Assembly: GCF_004010195.1 (NCBI RefSeq)
Contig: NC_057719.1
Coordinates: 11,710,603-11,774,602 of the forward strand
Origin: Chiloscyllium plagiosum
Taxonomy: Eukaryota
Reading direction: 5' to 3'
Length of the DNA: 64,000 nt
Numbering within the stretch: the stretch's first letter is position 1; each line of letters starts with the position of its first letter. Positions 25,911 through 38,320 of this stretch are shown in pieces. Under the pieces are notes generated by a model. It was not told the origin of the DNA. It saw nothing but the letters and a program-made list of their open reading frames with translations, and searched no databases. The translations under genes and the position numbers were made by a program.

Positions 25911-26805
25911 GTAAGTTCTGTTGCCCAACATAGAGGGTATAACTTCAGCTTGGGAAGATATGTAGAGTCAATTTCCATATCTTTGGTATGGTGAAATTTG
26001 AAATAGTATGACCATCATGAATTTTGCCCTGTCTTGAGATTGCAATGAAATAGAGTGCTTGTTGGGTAAAGGGTTGACAGTAGCAGCACAAGGGTGCCTG
26101 GCAATCACAATCTGATTTATCCCCAGTTATTCAGGCCAGGTGGTAGGCACAGTGATTGATTGAAGTTTCACAATATTTCAAGGAAGGCATTTCAATTTGA
26201 TTTATATGTGATGCATTAACATCCAGAGTTAATATTTCATATTTGAAGAGGATATTCAGGTTGCTTATGTGGTGCTTTGTGACAAAGTTGTATTGATTTT
26301 TGTCTTAAAATTGAAAAGGGTCATTGGTCAGAATTCTGTTTATATTCTCTGTTTATAATATCTCCCCTTTGCCATCAGATTGTGATTCCCAAGCAGACCC
26401 TTGTGCTGTCATTGTCTACAGTACATTGCCACCATAACAAAAAGCAGATAATGGAATAAAAGTAAAAAATGCTGTAAATACTAGGCAGCCCAGAAAGTAT
26501 CAGTTGATAGGAAACGTTGCCATTTGAGATCTGAGTTTTGCTCAGAGCTCTTAAGTTTGCAGACTTATTTATCTTTTTAAATATAAATAGATATTTACTT
26601 TATGTTCTACAGATGCTGCCCAATCTGAGTATTTACAGCATTTTTTGTTTTTCAGTCACTGCCATTGTTCTGCTAATTAAGTGTTTTGCATGAAGTCAAA
26701 CCCTTAAGGCATAATAGAATCTGCTGCATCGGTTGTTTCTGTAAAAACACGGCTTTGAGATCACCAGTGAGAAAGAATTGGGGGATGACTTTATGGTAAT
26801 AACTT

Positions 26806-27008
26806 TAAAAATCATGCTACACCAGGTTATAATCCAACAGGTTTATTTAGAAGCACTAGCTTTCGGAGTGCCACTTCATCACATGGTTGTGCTGATGAAA
26901 GAACAGTGCTCCGAAAGCTAGTGCTTCCAAATAAACCTGTTGGACTATAACCTGGTGTTGTGTGATTTTTAACCTTGTCCACCCCAGTCCAACACTGGCA
27001 CCTCCAAG
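26806..27008. mobile_element. Fold-back PLE family B insertion
   Basis: Inverted arms, with TSD ttatggtaataactt (26791-26805) / tcatggtagtaactt (27009-27023). Confidence 0.85.
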
Positions 27009-27211
27009 TCATGGTAGTAACTTGGTTGTCTTCTGGTGCATTTACATGTTGGATTACATTTAATCATGTTTATCATTCAAAGGTTTGTACGCAATTCCGA
27101 TATTTCAACAAAATAAGTTTGAGTTGGATCTGGTGGTTGATGCTGATTTACTGGCAAACTCAAGATAGCAAAGAAAAGGCAGGAAAAGACCTTTGCCATT
27201 TACTTTTTTTT

Positions 27212-27511
27212 AAGATTACTTAGTGTGGAAATAGGCCCTTCGGCCAAACAAGTCCACACCAACCCTCCGAAGAGCAGCCCACGCAGACCCATTCCCCTAC
27301 ATTTACCCCTTCACCTAACAGGCAATTTAGCATGGCCAATTCACCTAACCTGCACATTTTTGGACTCCGGGAGGAAACCGGAGCACCCGGAGGAAACCCA
27401 CGCAGACACAGGAAAGATGTGCAAACTCCACACAGTCGCCTGAGGCGGGAATTGAACCCGGGTCTCTGGCGCTGAGGCAGCAGTGCTAACCACTGTGCCA
27501 CTGTGCTGCCC
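27212..27511 (-). mobile_element. HE1-like V-SINE, full length
   Basis: Reverse strand starts gggcagcacagtggcacagtggttagc and has the B-box, V-domain and tail. Confidence 0.92.
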
Positions 27512-27968
27512 ATGTGCTTTGTGCTTTCTTATCAATTTTTTTCCACTCTATCTTTAATGTCCAACATAGTCCAAAAATTTACCCCATTCTCAATTAACTG
27601 AATGCAGCCAGTCCCTTTTGAAATGAAAACTCATCAGTTAGCATTGTACTTGGTCCTTGTTCACAAAAATACTGCAGATTGCATTTCTGTTAATTGACAA
27701 TGTGTTTCCCAGTCATGCAGGGCATAGCTTCTGTTTACTGATCGAGCTGCTTTTTTTAAATGTTTCGGAAAAGATTAACTGCAGTCTAGTTCAGGTGCAG
27801 GAAGTGATTAATGCCAGTATTGCAGATTTATTTTACTTGCATCCTAACAGTCTTACATCGTTCAAATATATTCTTCAAATATTTATTGCTTGGATTCAAG
27901 AAAATCTAATTTGTCAAATGCAATCATTTTAATCTAAAAGTTCCTTTTTCCTTTGCACATTAATGGAA

Positions 27969-28187
27969 ACTGAAAATGTGTTGCTGGAAAAGCGCAGCAG
28001 GTCAGGCAGCATCCAAGGAACAGAGGAGAATCGACATTTCGGGCAAAAGCCCTTCAGGAATCCAAGGAACAGGAGAATCGACCGAAATGCCAAGTCTCCT
28101 GTTCCTTGGATACTGCCTGACCTGCTGCGCTTTTCCAGCAGCATGTTTTCAGCTCTGATCTCCAGCATCTGCAGTCCTCACTTTCTC
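27969..28187. mobile_element. Fold-back PLE family A insertion
   Basis: Inverted arms, with perfect 13-bp direct repeat cacattaatggaa at 27956-27968 and 28188-28200. Confidence 0.9.
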
Positions 28188-29697
28188 CACATTAATGGAA
28201 GAGCAACTTCAAAGTCTGAAGTAGATTCATAAAATATTATGGATTTGACCAATTAACATTTGAAACAAGCTCAATGCTCACCATTCTTTTCAAATACCTG
28301 TTATTCATTCATGTTTTTATTCCTCTTGTACTGTGATATTATTTAGCTGACTTTTTTCAAGAATTCCTCCTATTGTCTGGCTAAAAATGAAAGTGAATAA
28401 TGAATGTTATATCGCTCTAACTTGGTTGTTCATGAGATGAGAACCATAAGTTATTGTCCATTCCTAATTGTCCTTAAAGATGATGAGCCACCACCTTGAA
28501 GTGTTGCTGTGCATGTGTATCTTTCTTTGCCGCTTGAGTTGAATCTGGATACTTTAAGTTGCCTTGTCACGTGTTCCTTACTTCAGAAGTCTCTCAATGA
28601 CTGTAGTTTATATTTGCAACCCCCGAATCCCATGTATAGACAGTGCTCTCAGAGCTCCACAGAAGACGCTTACTAAAATATAACGCAATAAAAGTATATC
28701 AATTACTGAGACACTAATCTACGTTTCAATCGCTTCACTGTCTTGTGTTCTGTTGTATATAAAAGTCAAGATTCCACAATTTGTAAGTGTTTTGTTTTCT
28801 AAAAGTTTTGTGGATCTCTTAAAGTTCCGTCTTGTCTTTTCCTCCGCAGGCTGTGTATTTTTTTAAAAGTAGAAGCATGTCATTTGTCAGGTGGATGCTT
28901 TCTGATTTTAGCCAACCTCATTGTCACTTTTTCAATGCTGTTTCACTGTGGCTGTTCTCTTACTGACTCGTTTTCAGTCAGATGTCAGGAATCAGCTCAT
29001 TTATATATCTTGGATCCAATTTCCTGATTCTGGAGGGAGAATGGAGATGTTGGATCTATGAATTCTGTTCCAGTGGCTGGAGCAGGATGCAGTCTCATCA
29101 ATGCCAGGAGGTGGCTCATAGCCCATTTCCAACAATCTGACAAAAAAAAAACCTCATTAAGAATTACTAAAAGATCAGTCTTTAAATGACATTTTGATTC
29201 TTGCTCTCTCAGCAACTTCATTCATTTGCTACCCAATACTTTGTAAAGAACTGGGATAACCTTGTAGTTAAAAGGTCCTGTAGAAATGTTTAAATATTGG
29301 AAATACATTTTATCCTTAATTGAATTGTGCACCATGCAAGTCTGAAACTATTTGGTATTTAAGATGATTGAGCTTGGAATCCTTTGTTATAATCTTGTCC
29401 TAAGATTATGATGGAGTTTTTCTGTTCTTTAAAAATGGTTGAACCTGATAAATTAATTGAAGTAAAATGAGAGCAATTATGTTAAAGGTAAGCTATTTAC
29501 TGCATTGTGGGAAGTGGGTAAGTGACCTTGGTAGGTTTTTTGATTATTCACACACAAGTCATTGCAACTTTCTGTTGGTGTTTTTTGAGGTTATTTGCAG
29601 TGTAGAATTAAATTTTGATAAAGGAGCAGCATCATCATGGTACCACTGGGTGGTGCTGCGTGCATTTTTGAGCTCTAGTATGTGAATGATCTTTTAG

Positions 29698-29850
29698 TTA
29701 AAAATCACACAACAGGTTTTAGTCCAACAGATTTACCTGATGAAGAAGCAGTGCTTTGAAAGCTAGTGCTTCCAAATAAAGCTGTTTGACTATAACCTGG
29801 TGTTGAGATTTATAATTTTGTCCACCCCAGTCCAACATCAGCTTCTCCAA
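29698..29850. mobile_element. Fold-back PLE family B insertion
   Basis: Short inverted arm (aaaatcacacaacaggttttagtccaacag) followed by the family B terminus. Confidence 0.82.
29734..29768 (+). ncRNA. Minimal type I hammerhead ribozyme motif (family B)
   Basis: TAC|CTGATGA|A|GAAGC-AGT-GCTTT|GAAA|GCTA^|GTG: 3-bp stem I (one G-U), 5-bp stem II (G-U closing pair), palindromic AGCT stem III and a CUA triplet. Confidence 0.68.
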
Positions 29851-30734
29851 ATGATTTCTTAAGTATTGGCATCTTGGAATGAATTTTCCAGCATTACTTT
29901 TGAATCTTATTGTCTACTTCCTACATTCAACCTCCTCCTCCTTCCCCCCCCCCCCCCCCCCGGTAATAGTTTTTGGTCTTGAAATATTCAGTGCAATAGC
30001 TTAGTCTGTGTAATATATCTGAAATATCTCTGGTTATGGAAGGAAAAACTACTGAGGATTTCAAGCTTGACTCTTCAATTTTATTTCCCTGAACATGTTG
30101 GTTGTTGGCACTGAGCAATGTTAACAAGATTTTTGCAGGTTTTTTTTAAATCGAAGTGGCAGGGTTTAGGCTTTGTCCCCTGTTCAATGTTGCTTTGTAT
30201 TTAGTGACTATATTGGAGATTTTAGTGAGATGCAGAATAGCACATTGAGACATTTCCCTGCTAAGTCCCAACATAGGAATATTTCTGCTGTATGTATGTG
30301 AGATTGCATTTCCTGCAACCATCCTTCATAATTCTGATTTGAATTGGCTTAATGCTGGTTGGTGCTGAATTCATTCCAGGTCCATGTATGCTGAGAACTC
30401 AGTCGAGACTGCCTGGATTACTTCACACAGTGCCCTTTTGAGAGAGATTCACTTCATTTTAATATGGCTTCCAACCCAGCTCTTGGAGATGCAACATTTT
30501 GTCTTGGGTAATGCAACCTGAAATGCAGCTGTTTCTGCTAAAGGCTGATGACTAGCAATTTTAAGAACTAAAACGTAACCAGTTTGCCTCTATTCCTGTG
30601 CATCAGATCTGCAGTAGTGCTGCTGTCTGAATCAAGAGTGAAATTCAAATCCCAATGGTGAAGATGGTCAAGTGTCTTCCATCTGGACCTCTATATTCAC
30701 TGTGAAGGCTTGTAGTTGACTTTGATCAGGTGCA

Positions 30735-30848
30735 GGGCTGAAACTTTATTGCTGGAACAGCACAGCAGGTCAGGCAGCATCTAGGGAACAGAAGATTCGA
30801 CGTTTCGGGCACATGCCCTTCTTCAGGAAGGGCATGTGCCCGAAATGT
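30735..30848. mobile_element. Fold-back PLE family A insertion with a triplicated target site
   Basis: ctttgatcaggtgca at 30720-30734, 30849-30863 and 30868-30882. Confidence 0.88.
30796..30829 (-). ncRNA. Minimal type I hammerhead ribozyme motif (family A, antisense to the gene)
   Basis: Reverse strand: TTC|CTGAAGA|A|GGGC-ATGT-GCCC|GAAA|CGTC^|GAA. Confidence 0.68.
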
Positions 30849-31174
30849 CTTTGATCAGGTGCACCTTCTTTGATCAGGTGCACACAGATGCTCTCCAATA
30901 TCATGCCGTAACTGTCTGCATGGGAGCTCATTGGCAGTAAACTATTGCTGATAAACTGCAATAATGCTTTTCTGAACAACATTGTCCTTTATTGGTAATT
31001 CAGCTTGTGTTTTAAGACATTCCCAAAAAGAAGAATCTCTGGTGTTCCAAGTAATACACTGCAGCACTTTGTAGTCAGGTTCAATTTCCATGACCCAACA
31101 ACTGATGCAGATTGAACGTATGGAAATGTGGTCTGCTTTTTAAAATGGGCTAGAATTGATGCAGAAAGTTCCAA

Positions 31175-31522
31175 GAGTCATTGAGATGTACAGCAACTTC
31201 GGTCCAACTCGTCCATGTCGACCAGATATCCCAACCCAATCTAGTCCCACCTGCCAGCACCTGGTCCATATCCCTCCAAACCCTTCCTATTTGTATATCC
31301 ATCCAGATGCCTTTTAAATGTAGCAATTGTACGAGCCTCCTCCAGTTCCTCGGCCAGCTTATTCCATACACGTGCCACCCTCTGTGGAAAAAGTTGCCCG
31401 TCTCACCCTAGGCCTATGCCCTCTAGTTCTGGACTCCCCCAACCCAGGGAAAAGACATTTATCCTACCCATGCCCCTCATGATTTTATAAAGGTCTATAA
31501 AGTCACCCCTCAGCCTCCGATG
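31175..31522 (-). mobile_element. CR1 LINE 3' end
   Basis: Matches 7185-7580 with small deletions. Confidence 0.9.
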
Positions 31523-31689
31523 CGCTCTATTAGTGCATTAACTAGAGACCTAGATAATGGTGAGGAAATTCCCAGTCATGGGAAGCCTTGGGAAGCCAAG
31601 AATCCAAATTTACTCAACCATACATCATGCCTCTGTATCCCAGAATGGTATTTTCAGAAAGAAAGCCATTTAGTTTGTGCTTGAGAAAT

Positions 31690-32150
31690 ACAATAGAGTG
31701 GAGGGTGATCTTGCTATGGATGGAATGCAAATTTGCTGCAGTGATGGGATGATGGGGTGGGGATTTGTTTTGGGAAAGGTAGGACAGGTTGTATTTTGTA
31801 TCGATTGGAGTTTAGAAGAAGATTAAATCTAAGAGATTTAAAATTCTTGGTGAATTTGTCAGGGCAGATGCTGAAAGGAATTTCTGTGCAAGGGAGCAGA
31901 ATTAGGGAATGCAGTTTAAAAATGTGTATCTCACTTAATACATTTAATGAAGGAAACCTTAGTCTATATTTCTCTTTCCTCAAAGAGCATTGAAGGTTGA
32001 GTCATCAAATATTTTGGAGGCTGCTTCAGATTCTTGACAGGCAAAAGGGTTTAGATGGTACAATGAGTAGATCAGAAAGCTAAGGCTGCAATCTGATTAG
32101 CTGTGATCTTATCAAATGGCAGAGCAAGTGCAAAGGGTCAAATTACCACC
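31690..32150 (+). mobile_element. Old CR1 3' fragment
   Basis: ORF 31757 has LYRLEFRRRL..RDL, a decayed CR1 C-terminus. Confidence 0.6.
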
Positions 32151-33881
32151 TCTTCGGCAATCAGTGTTCACTATTTGTGACACCCCAGGTATTGAAGTAG
32201 TACAAGAGAAATGGGCAGCTCACAATCACCTTCGCAACAGCAACAAAGGATGGGCAATAAATGCTGGCTCAGCCAATGAAACTCATCCCACAAGTGAATT
32301 TTTAAAAAAAAGCCTTTTTGTCATTTTATTCCATTTCAGCTGTGAATGTAGAGTTATGCCAGTCCAATGCTATGCTCTATTGGATGCTTTTGGGGCACAG
32401 GCAGGGCGAGGTATTCCATTGCGATTTTGGTCACAGTCAGCTGAACCATAAATGGAAAACCGCAAAAAGAGAATCTACTGGAGTGCAGTCTCCAAATGCT
32501 CTTGAGGGAATGTCACTGTGCAAATTCCTGTTGCTCTTATGTTTTCCGTAAATTCTTGTTTGAGGCCTGAGAAACAGCTTGGAGTCTGAATAAATATTAA
32601 TCAAACTATTCATGGATGTTTTTATATCTGCATCTATGTTTTGCTTTCCTGAGGACGTTGCAGTGTGGGGGGGGGGAGAGAGAGTGTCCAGCTTAAATCC
32701 TCAAATCATAGGATGCATCCTAGTGAAGAGCTTGTGGCTAGTTATAATTTTTGCATAATATGTAGAACCACGATCTAAAGCTGTATGGTCCTGAAGCACT
32801 GATAACATTTGAGAAACCAGGTGGCTAAACTAACAGTAAGTTTAAAATGGAGCAAGAACTAGAGGGGAAATGAGATTTGAGGGTTGAGATCTAAATTCTG
32901 CTTTACTGGATGGGTGAAGGAAATAGGTTCCATGGAAAATGCCAAAAGACATTTTGACTTACCTGGCAAGGATAAATTTTGGGGAGAATTTAAGTGTAAG
33001 GCTAAATTGGACTGGACAAGCTAGACCGTGAATTAAAAGCCATAAAATAGCTACTGTTGCCTCTGCCATAGGATTCTATGAAGCTATGTTCTTTTCCAAT
33101 ATTGGGAACTTTGTGCCAGTATACTACTTTATTACCAATGAGATCATTAGATTGTCAAAACATTGAGTTGATTCCTACAAAAGTGAAAAATTAAACTCTT
33201 AAATGGCCTGGAGACCTCGGTGGAAAGTAAATAGTTTTTGAGTTGCGACCCTGCAAGGATTTTCTGAATTCCAGATTTTGAGTTCCACTTAATAAATTGA
33301 GCTCTTTATAAAACAAAACAACTGTCACTGCCCCTTCGTCAGTTTTTACATGTAGATGATTTGATTTCTGCTGTTACATATTGAGCCAAGGTGGGTGGTT
33401 GGAGCATTTTTTATAACTGAAGAATTTTTAAAGAAAATATTTTGTTTGGGTATGTCTTGACTGCAGTTTGAGTTGTGCACAACTAATGTTGAGTCTTTGT
33501 TTTCTCCCCCAAAACATCTTGCACTGGCGCAAGTAGATGCAAACAAAAAAATTGCATCTGGGTTTCTTGCACAAATATAAACTGAGATGAGCAAAGCATA
33601 ATGTAGAGCTTCAATCATGTTTATTTTAAATTTGTAACTCTGTAATCTCTTTTGATAGACCTGTTGCTTATAAACGAAGGCCAATGAAAGTCCTGATTGC
33701 ATCCTCCTAAACAATTTGGTGTAACGACTTTACCTAAACTTGAGCCAAAAACAGCACCCTTTGTTCCTGGAGAGCTTCAAGAAATTTCACACCATTCTCA
33801 GAATTAGTGGACAGGATAACACCAATTGGCCACCAAACCTGGCTAACTATCCTGATTATGGATCGTCTGGACTAATCTCTA

Positions 33882-35382
33882 GGTAAAAACAAGGACTGCA
33901 GATGCTAGAAACCAGAGTCTAGATTAGAGTGGTGCTGGAAAAGCACAGCAGGTCAGGCTGCATCCGAGGAGCAGGAAAATCGACATTTTGGGCAAAAGCC
34001 CTTCATCAGGGATAGAGGCAGGGTGCCTGCAGAGTGGAGAGATTAATGAGGGGGTGGGTAGAAAGTAGCTTGGAGTACAATAGGTGAATGGGGATGGGGA
34101 TGGAGGTTATAGGTCAGAGGGGAGGGTGGAGTAGATAGGTGGAAAGGAAGATAGGCAGGTAGGGCAGGTCTTTGGGACGGTGCTGAGCTGGAAGGTTGGA
34201 ACTGGGTGATGAGATGGGGAAATGAGGAAGTCCACATTGATGCCCTGGGGTTGAAGTGTTCCGAGGCAGAAGGTGAGATGTTCTTACTCCAGGCGACGGG
34301 TGGTGAGGGAGTGGCAATGGAGGAGGCCCAGGACCTGCATGTCCTCGGGGGAGGGGGATTTGAAATACTGGGCCACACGGAGGTGGGGTTGATTGGTGCA
34401 GGTATCCCAGAGATGTTCCCTAAAGCGCTCTGCTAGGAGGTATCCAGTCTCCCCAATGTAGAGGAGACCGCATCAGGAGCAGCGGATACAATAAATGATA
34501 TTGGTTGATGTGTAGGTAAAATTTTGATGGATGTGGAAGGCTCCTTTGGGGCCTTGGATGGAGGTGAGGGAGGTGGTGTGGGCGCATGTTTTACAATTCC
34601 TGTGGTGGCAGGGGAAGGTGCCAGGAAGGGAGGGTGGGTTGTTGGGGGGCGTGGACCTGACCAGGTAGTCACAGGTTCCCTAAAGCCCTCTGCTAGGAGG
34701 CGTCCTACCTGTGACTATCTGGTCAGGTCCACGGCCCCACCCAACAACCCACTCCCCCTTCCTGGCACCCTCCCCTGTCACCGCAGGAATTGCAAAACCT
34801 GCGCCCATCTCCGGGATACTCCTCACCAATCAACCCCACCTCTGTGTGACCCAGTATTTCAACTCCCCCTCCCACTCTGCCAAGGACATGCAGGTCTCTC
34901 ACCACCCGACGGAGAAAGTGAGGTCTGCAGATGCTGGAGATCAGAGCTGAAAATGTGTTGCTGGAAAAGCGCAGCAGGTCAGGCAGCATCCAAGGAACAG
35001 GAGAATCGACGTTTCGGGCATAAGCCCTTCTTCAGGAACACTTCAACCCCAGGGGATAAATGTGAACTTAACCAGTTTCCTCATTTTCCCCATCCGCCCC
35101 ACATCACCCAGTTCCAAACTTCCAGCTCAGCACTGTCCCCATGACATGTCCTATCTGCCTATCTTCCTTTCCACCTATCCACTCCACCCTCCCCTCTGAC
35201 CTATCACCTTCATCCCCATCCCCATTGTACTCTATACTACTTTCTCCCCACCCCCACCCCCCTCTTTTATCTCTCCACTCTGCAGGCACCCTGCCTCTAT
35301 TCCTGATGAAGGGCTCCTGCCTGAAATGTCGATTTTCCTGCTCTGCTGCCTGACCTACTGTGCTTTTCCAGCACCACTCTAA
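33882..35382. mobile_element. 1.5-kb palindromic PLE insertion (minus arm 33882-34675, plus arm 34708-35382) with a nested young repeat at 34911-35037
   Basis: The arms are reverse complements. The minus arm has GIY-YIG remnants (IYCIRCS.CGLLYIGET). TSD tctgg(a/t)ctaatctcta at 33866-33881 and 35383-35398. Confidence 0.9.
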
Positions 35383-35444
35383 TCTGGTCTAATCTCTACC
35401 CTTGCTCAGTTTGTCTTGCCCACCCATGTGACAGCAATACAGGC

Positions 35445-36030
35445 TGTGCTGAAGTTGGAGGAGAATGGCAAACAGAATTTAATTTTGATAGACGTAAGGT
35501 ATTGTATTTTGGTAAAACAAACAAGGACTGAGCTTATACAAATAATGGTAGGGCCCTGGGTAGTGCTGTAGAACAGATGTAGGGATTCAGATGCATAAGT
35601 CTCAGAAATTTGTCACAGGTAGACATGTCAATTAAGAAAGCGTTTAGTATGCTTGTCTTCGTTGCTTACTCCTTTGAATATAGGAGTTGGGATGTCATGT
35701 TGAGGTTGTACAGGACCTTGGTGCGGCGGCTTCTGGAATACTGTGTGGGGTTCTGGCCGCCCTGCTGTCGGAAGCATTATTAAACTGGAGAAGGTTAAAA
35801 GATCTACCAGACTGGAGGGTTTGAGCTATGAAGATAGGCTGGGACTTCTTTCACTCCAGCGTGGGAGGTTGAGGTGCCCTTAGTTTTTTTTTAAATTGAG
35901 GGCCATAGATAAGGTGACTAACAAAGTTCTTTTCCGTAGGATGGAGGGAGTTCAAAACTAGGAACTTAATTTTAAGGTGAGAGGATAAAGATGTAAAAAA
36001 AAATGCATGAGTGACAGTTTTTTCACACCG
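35445..36030 (+). mobile_element. CR1 ORF2 3' fragment
   Basis: MLRLYRTLVRRLLEYCVGFWPP motif near 35698-35762. Confidence 0.85.
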
Positions 36031-36074
36031 TGGTCCGTGTTGATACCACTTGGCTAGGAGGGAAGTTCTGAACA

Positions 36075-38320
36075 TGTATTTAAAGGAGCTAGGAAAATGG
36101 CTGAAAAGCAGGATCTCGCGAAGTAGTAGTCTTAGAGTTATTTCCTATCCCAAATGCTTGTGAGCATCAAAATAGGCCAGTGATTGAACATCTGGTAGGG
36201 GGGAGGATATCAGATTTGAGGCAGCAGGAGCTGTACAAAATGAGCTGATCATCCTTGCAGGACAGGGCTACCATCCTCTCAGGAAGATTTGCTAGTATGT
36301 TTGGGGACAATTTAAATGATTTTTGCAAGTGTGTGAAACCTGAGAGGAAGCTCTGATTCAAGGAAGCCAAAGTGCCAAATAGGATCAAAAATGAATGTTG
36401 AAATTGTTGAATGTGCAAAGCATTCTCAAAAAGAATGATATGCATCCACTAATTGAGTTAAATGATTTAATTGGCATTAGAGACGTGGCTACAGGGTGAC
36501 CAGCATTAAGAACTGAATATATAAGGAGATTCTACATTTTGGAGGGATAAGCAGAAAGGAACAGGAAGTGGAGTAATACTGCTGATAAGGGATGAGGTCC
36601 ATGCATTATATGATCTTGGATTAAAGGATCAAAATGTAATATCAGTTAGGTGGAGAGGGGTTGCAGCAAAGGGATGCAAAGATTTGGAGTTACTTTTAAA
36701 TCACCAAAGTGGTTGGTTGTGGTAATGTTGGATATGGTATAAATCAAGAAGTTAGAATTGCATGTGATATGGATAATACAGTCATGTGTTATCAGTTTGG
36801 ATTGGGGTGATCAATTCCCATGAATATTGTGGAAGGTGAATTTTCAAAGCAATCAATGTTAGTAAAGGATATGTGGAAGTTGCAGCAAGTGGCATTATGG
36901 TAGAAGATCTGTCATGATCATGGCAAGCTAAATGAGCTGAGAGTGGACTATTGCTATGTTCCTGTCTCCTTTCACTTCTTTCCGTGATGGATTTCTTAAA
37001 AAAAAAAGTATGTTGAACCGAAATGGGCTATTCTGAATTAATTATTGTATAATGAAAAAGGACTAATTTGTTCAAATATTCCCTGGCTGGGACAGCATTT
37101 ATTGACTGTCCGTAGTTGCCCTTAAAGATGGTGAATTGTTTTCTTGCACCATGAGTCAGTTTAGTTTAGATATGCCTATAATGCTGATAGGGAGAGAATT
37201 ACAAGATTTTTGACCCAACAATTGTGAAGGACCGGCGATATATTTCCAATTCAGAATGTTGAGTTGCTTGGTAGGGAATTTGCAGGTGGTGTTCCCTTGT
37301 ATCTGCTGCTCTTGTCCTTCTAAATGGTAGTGGTCATACAGTGGGTTTGGAAGGTTCTGTTAAGAAGCCTTGGTAAGTTGCTGAAGTGCATATTTTTGAC
37401 AGGCAGATAATTTTTAAGTCAATAGCAGATTTTTAGTTCTCTAAAGCACAAGCACCCAAAAGGAATCTGAATCAGCTGTGGCAAATGAAATAAGTTAAAG
37501 ATTACATTAGATCAATGAAAGCTGTTTAGAATAATGCCAGAACAAGTGGTAAGCCTGAGAATTGGGAGCAATTTAGGACACCAGAATTGAGAACCAAGAA
37601 ACTAATCATTTTTGGGAAAAGAAACATTGATTCAACTTAGTGTAATAACGCAAATGCATCTAGTAAAAAGTACGATGGAGAAAAAATGAACAGAAATATG
37701 GACCTATTACAAGACTTGATAGGGTGGACAAAAAAAATCACATCAGGTTATAGTCCAACAAGTTTATTCGGAAGCACTAGCTTTCGAGGCATATCTAAAC
37801 TAAATTGACTCATGGTGCAAGGCAGCAATTCACCATCTTTAAGAGCAACTAGGAACAGTCAATAAATGCTGTCCCAGCCAGGAAAGACTTGAATGAATAA
37901 AGGAATTAGTCCTTTTCATTATACAATGCTTCCAAATAAACCTGTTGGACTATAGCCTGGTGTTTGATTTTTAACTTTGTCCACCCCAGTCCAACACTGG
38001 CTCCTCCACATCATGATCGGGTGGATGTAGACTTTGGCTGATGATTCTCAAACCAGGGACTTAATCTTAGGCCATTTGAAATGGAGGTGAGGAAAATTTC
38101 CTTCACTCTGGTGAATCATTGGAATTCTTTACCCCGGAGAACTGTGGAAGCTTGATCATTGAGCATGTTAAGTCAGAATTGACAGGTTTGTGGAGATTAA
38201 TGATAGTAAAGGATACGTGGAAGTTGAAGAAAGTGGCATTATGGTCGGCCATGGTTATGGCTAGCCAAATGAGCTGAGTAGTGTACTGTTGCTATGTTCC
38301 TGTCTCCTTTCACTACTTTT
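36075..38320 (+). mobile_element. Old internally deleted CR1 (ORF1 SGNH-esterase end, ORF2 endonuclease, 3' tail) with several secondary insertions
   Basis: ELGKWLKSR and LSGRFAS..GDNLN (ORF1 end), ETWLQGD and RDGFL (endonuclease), and WNSLPRRTVEA near 38120. Confidence 0.7.
37731..38012. mobile_element. Fold-back PLE family B insertion carrying a captured 140-bp genomic filler
   Basis: Inverted arms at 37731-37787 and 37928-38012. TSD-like tgatagggtgga / tgatcgggtgga flanks. The centre is an inverted copy of 37044-37176. Confidence 0.85.

Noticed and set aside
28830..28890. Strong-looking splice acceptor (cttgtcttttcctccgcag) as the next or a poison exon
   Set aside because: In phase it reads GCVFF-stop with no SPT homology. 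There is no transcript evidence, and cryptic acceptors are common.
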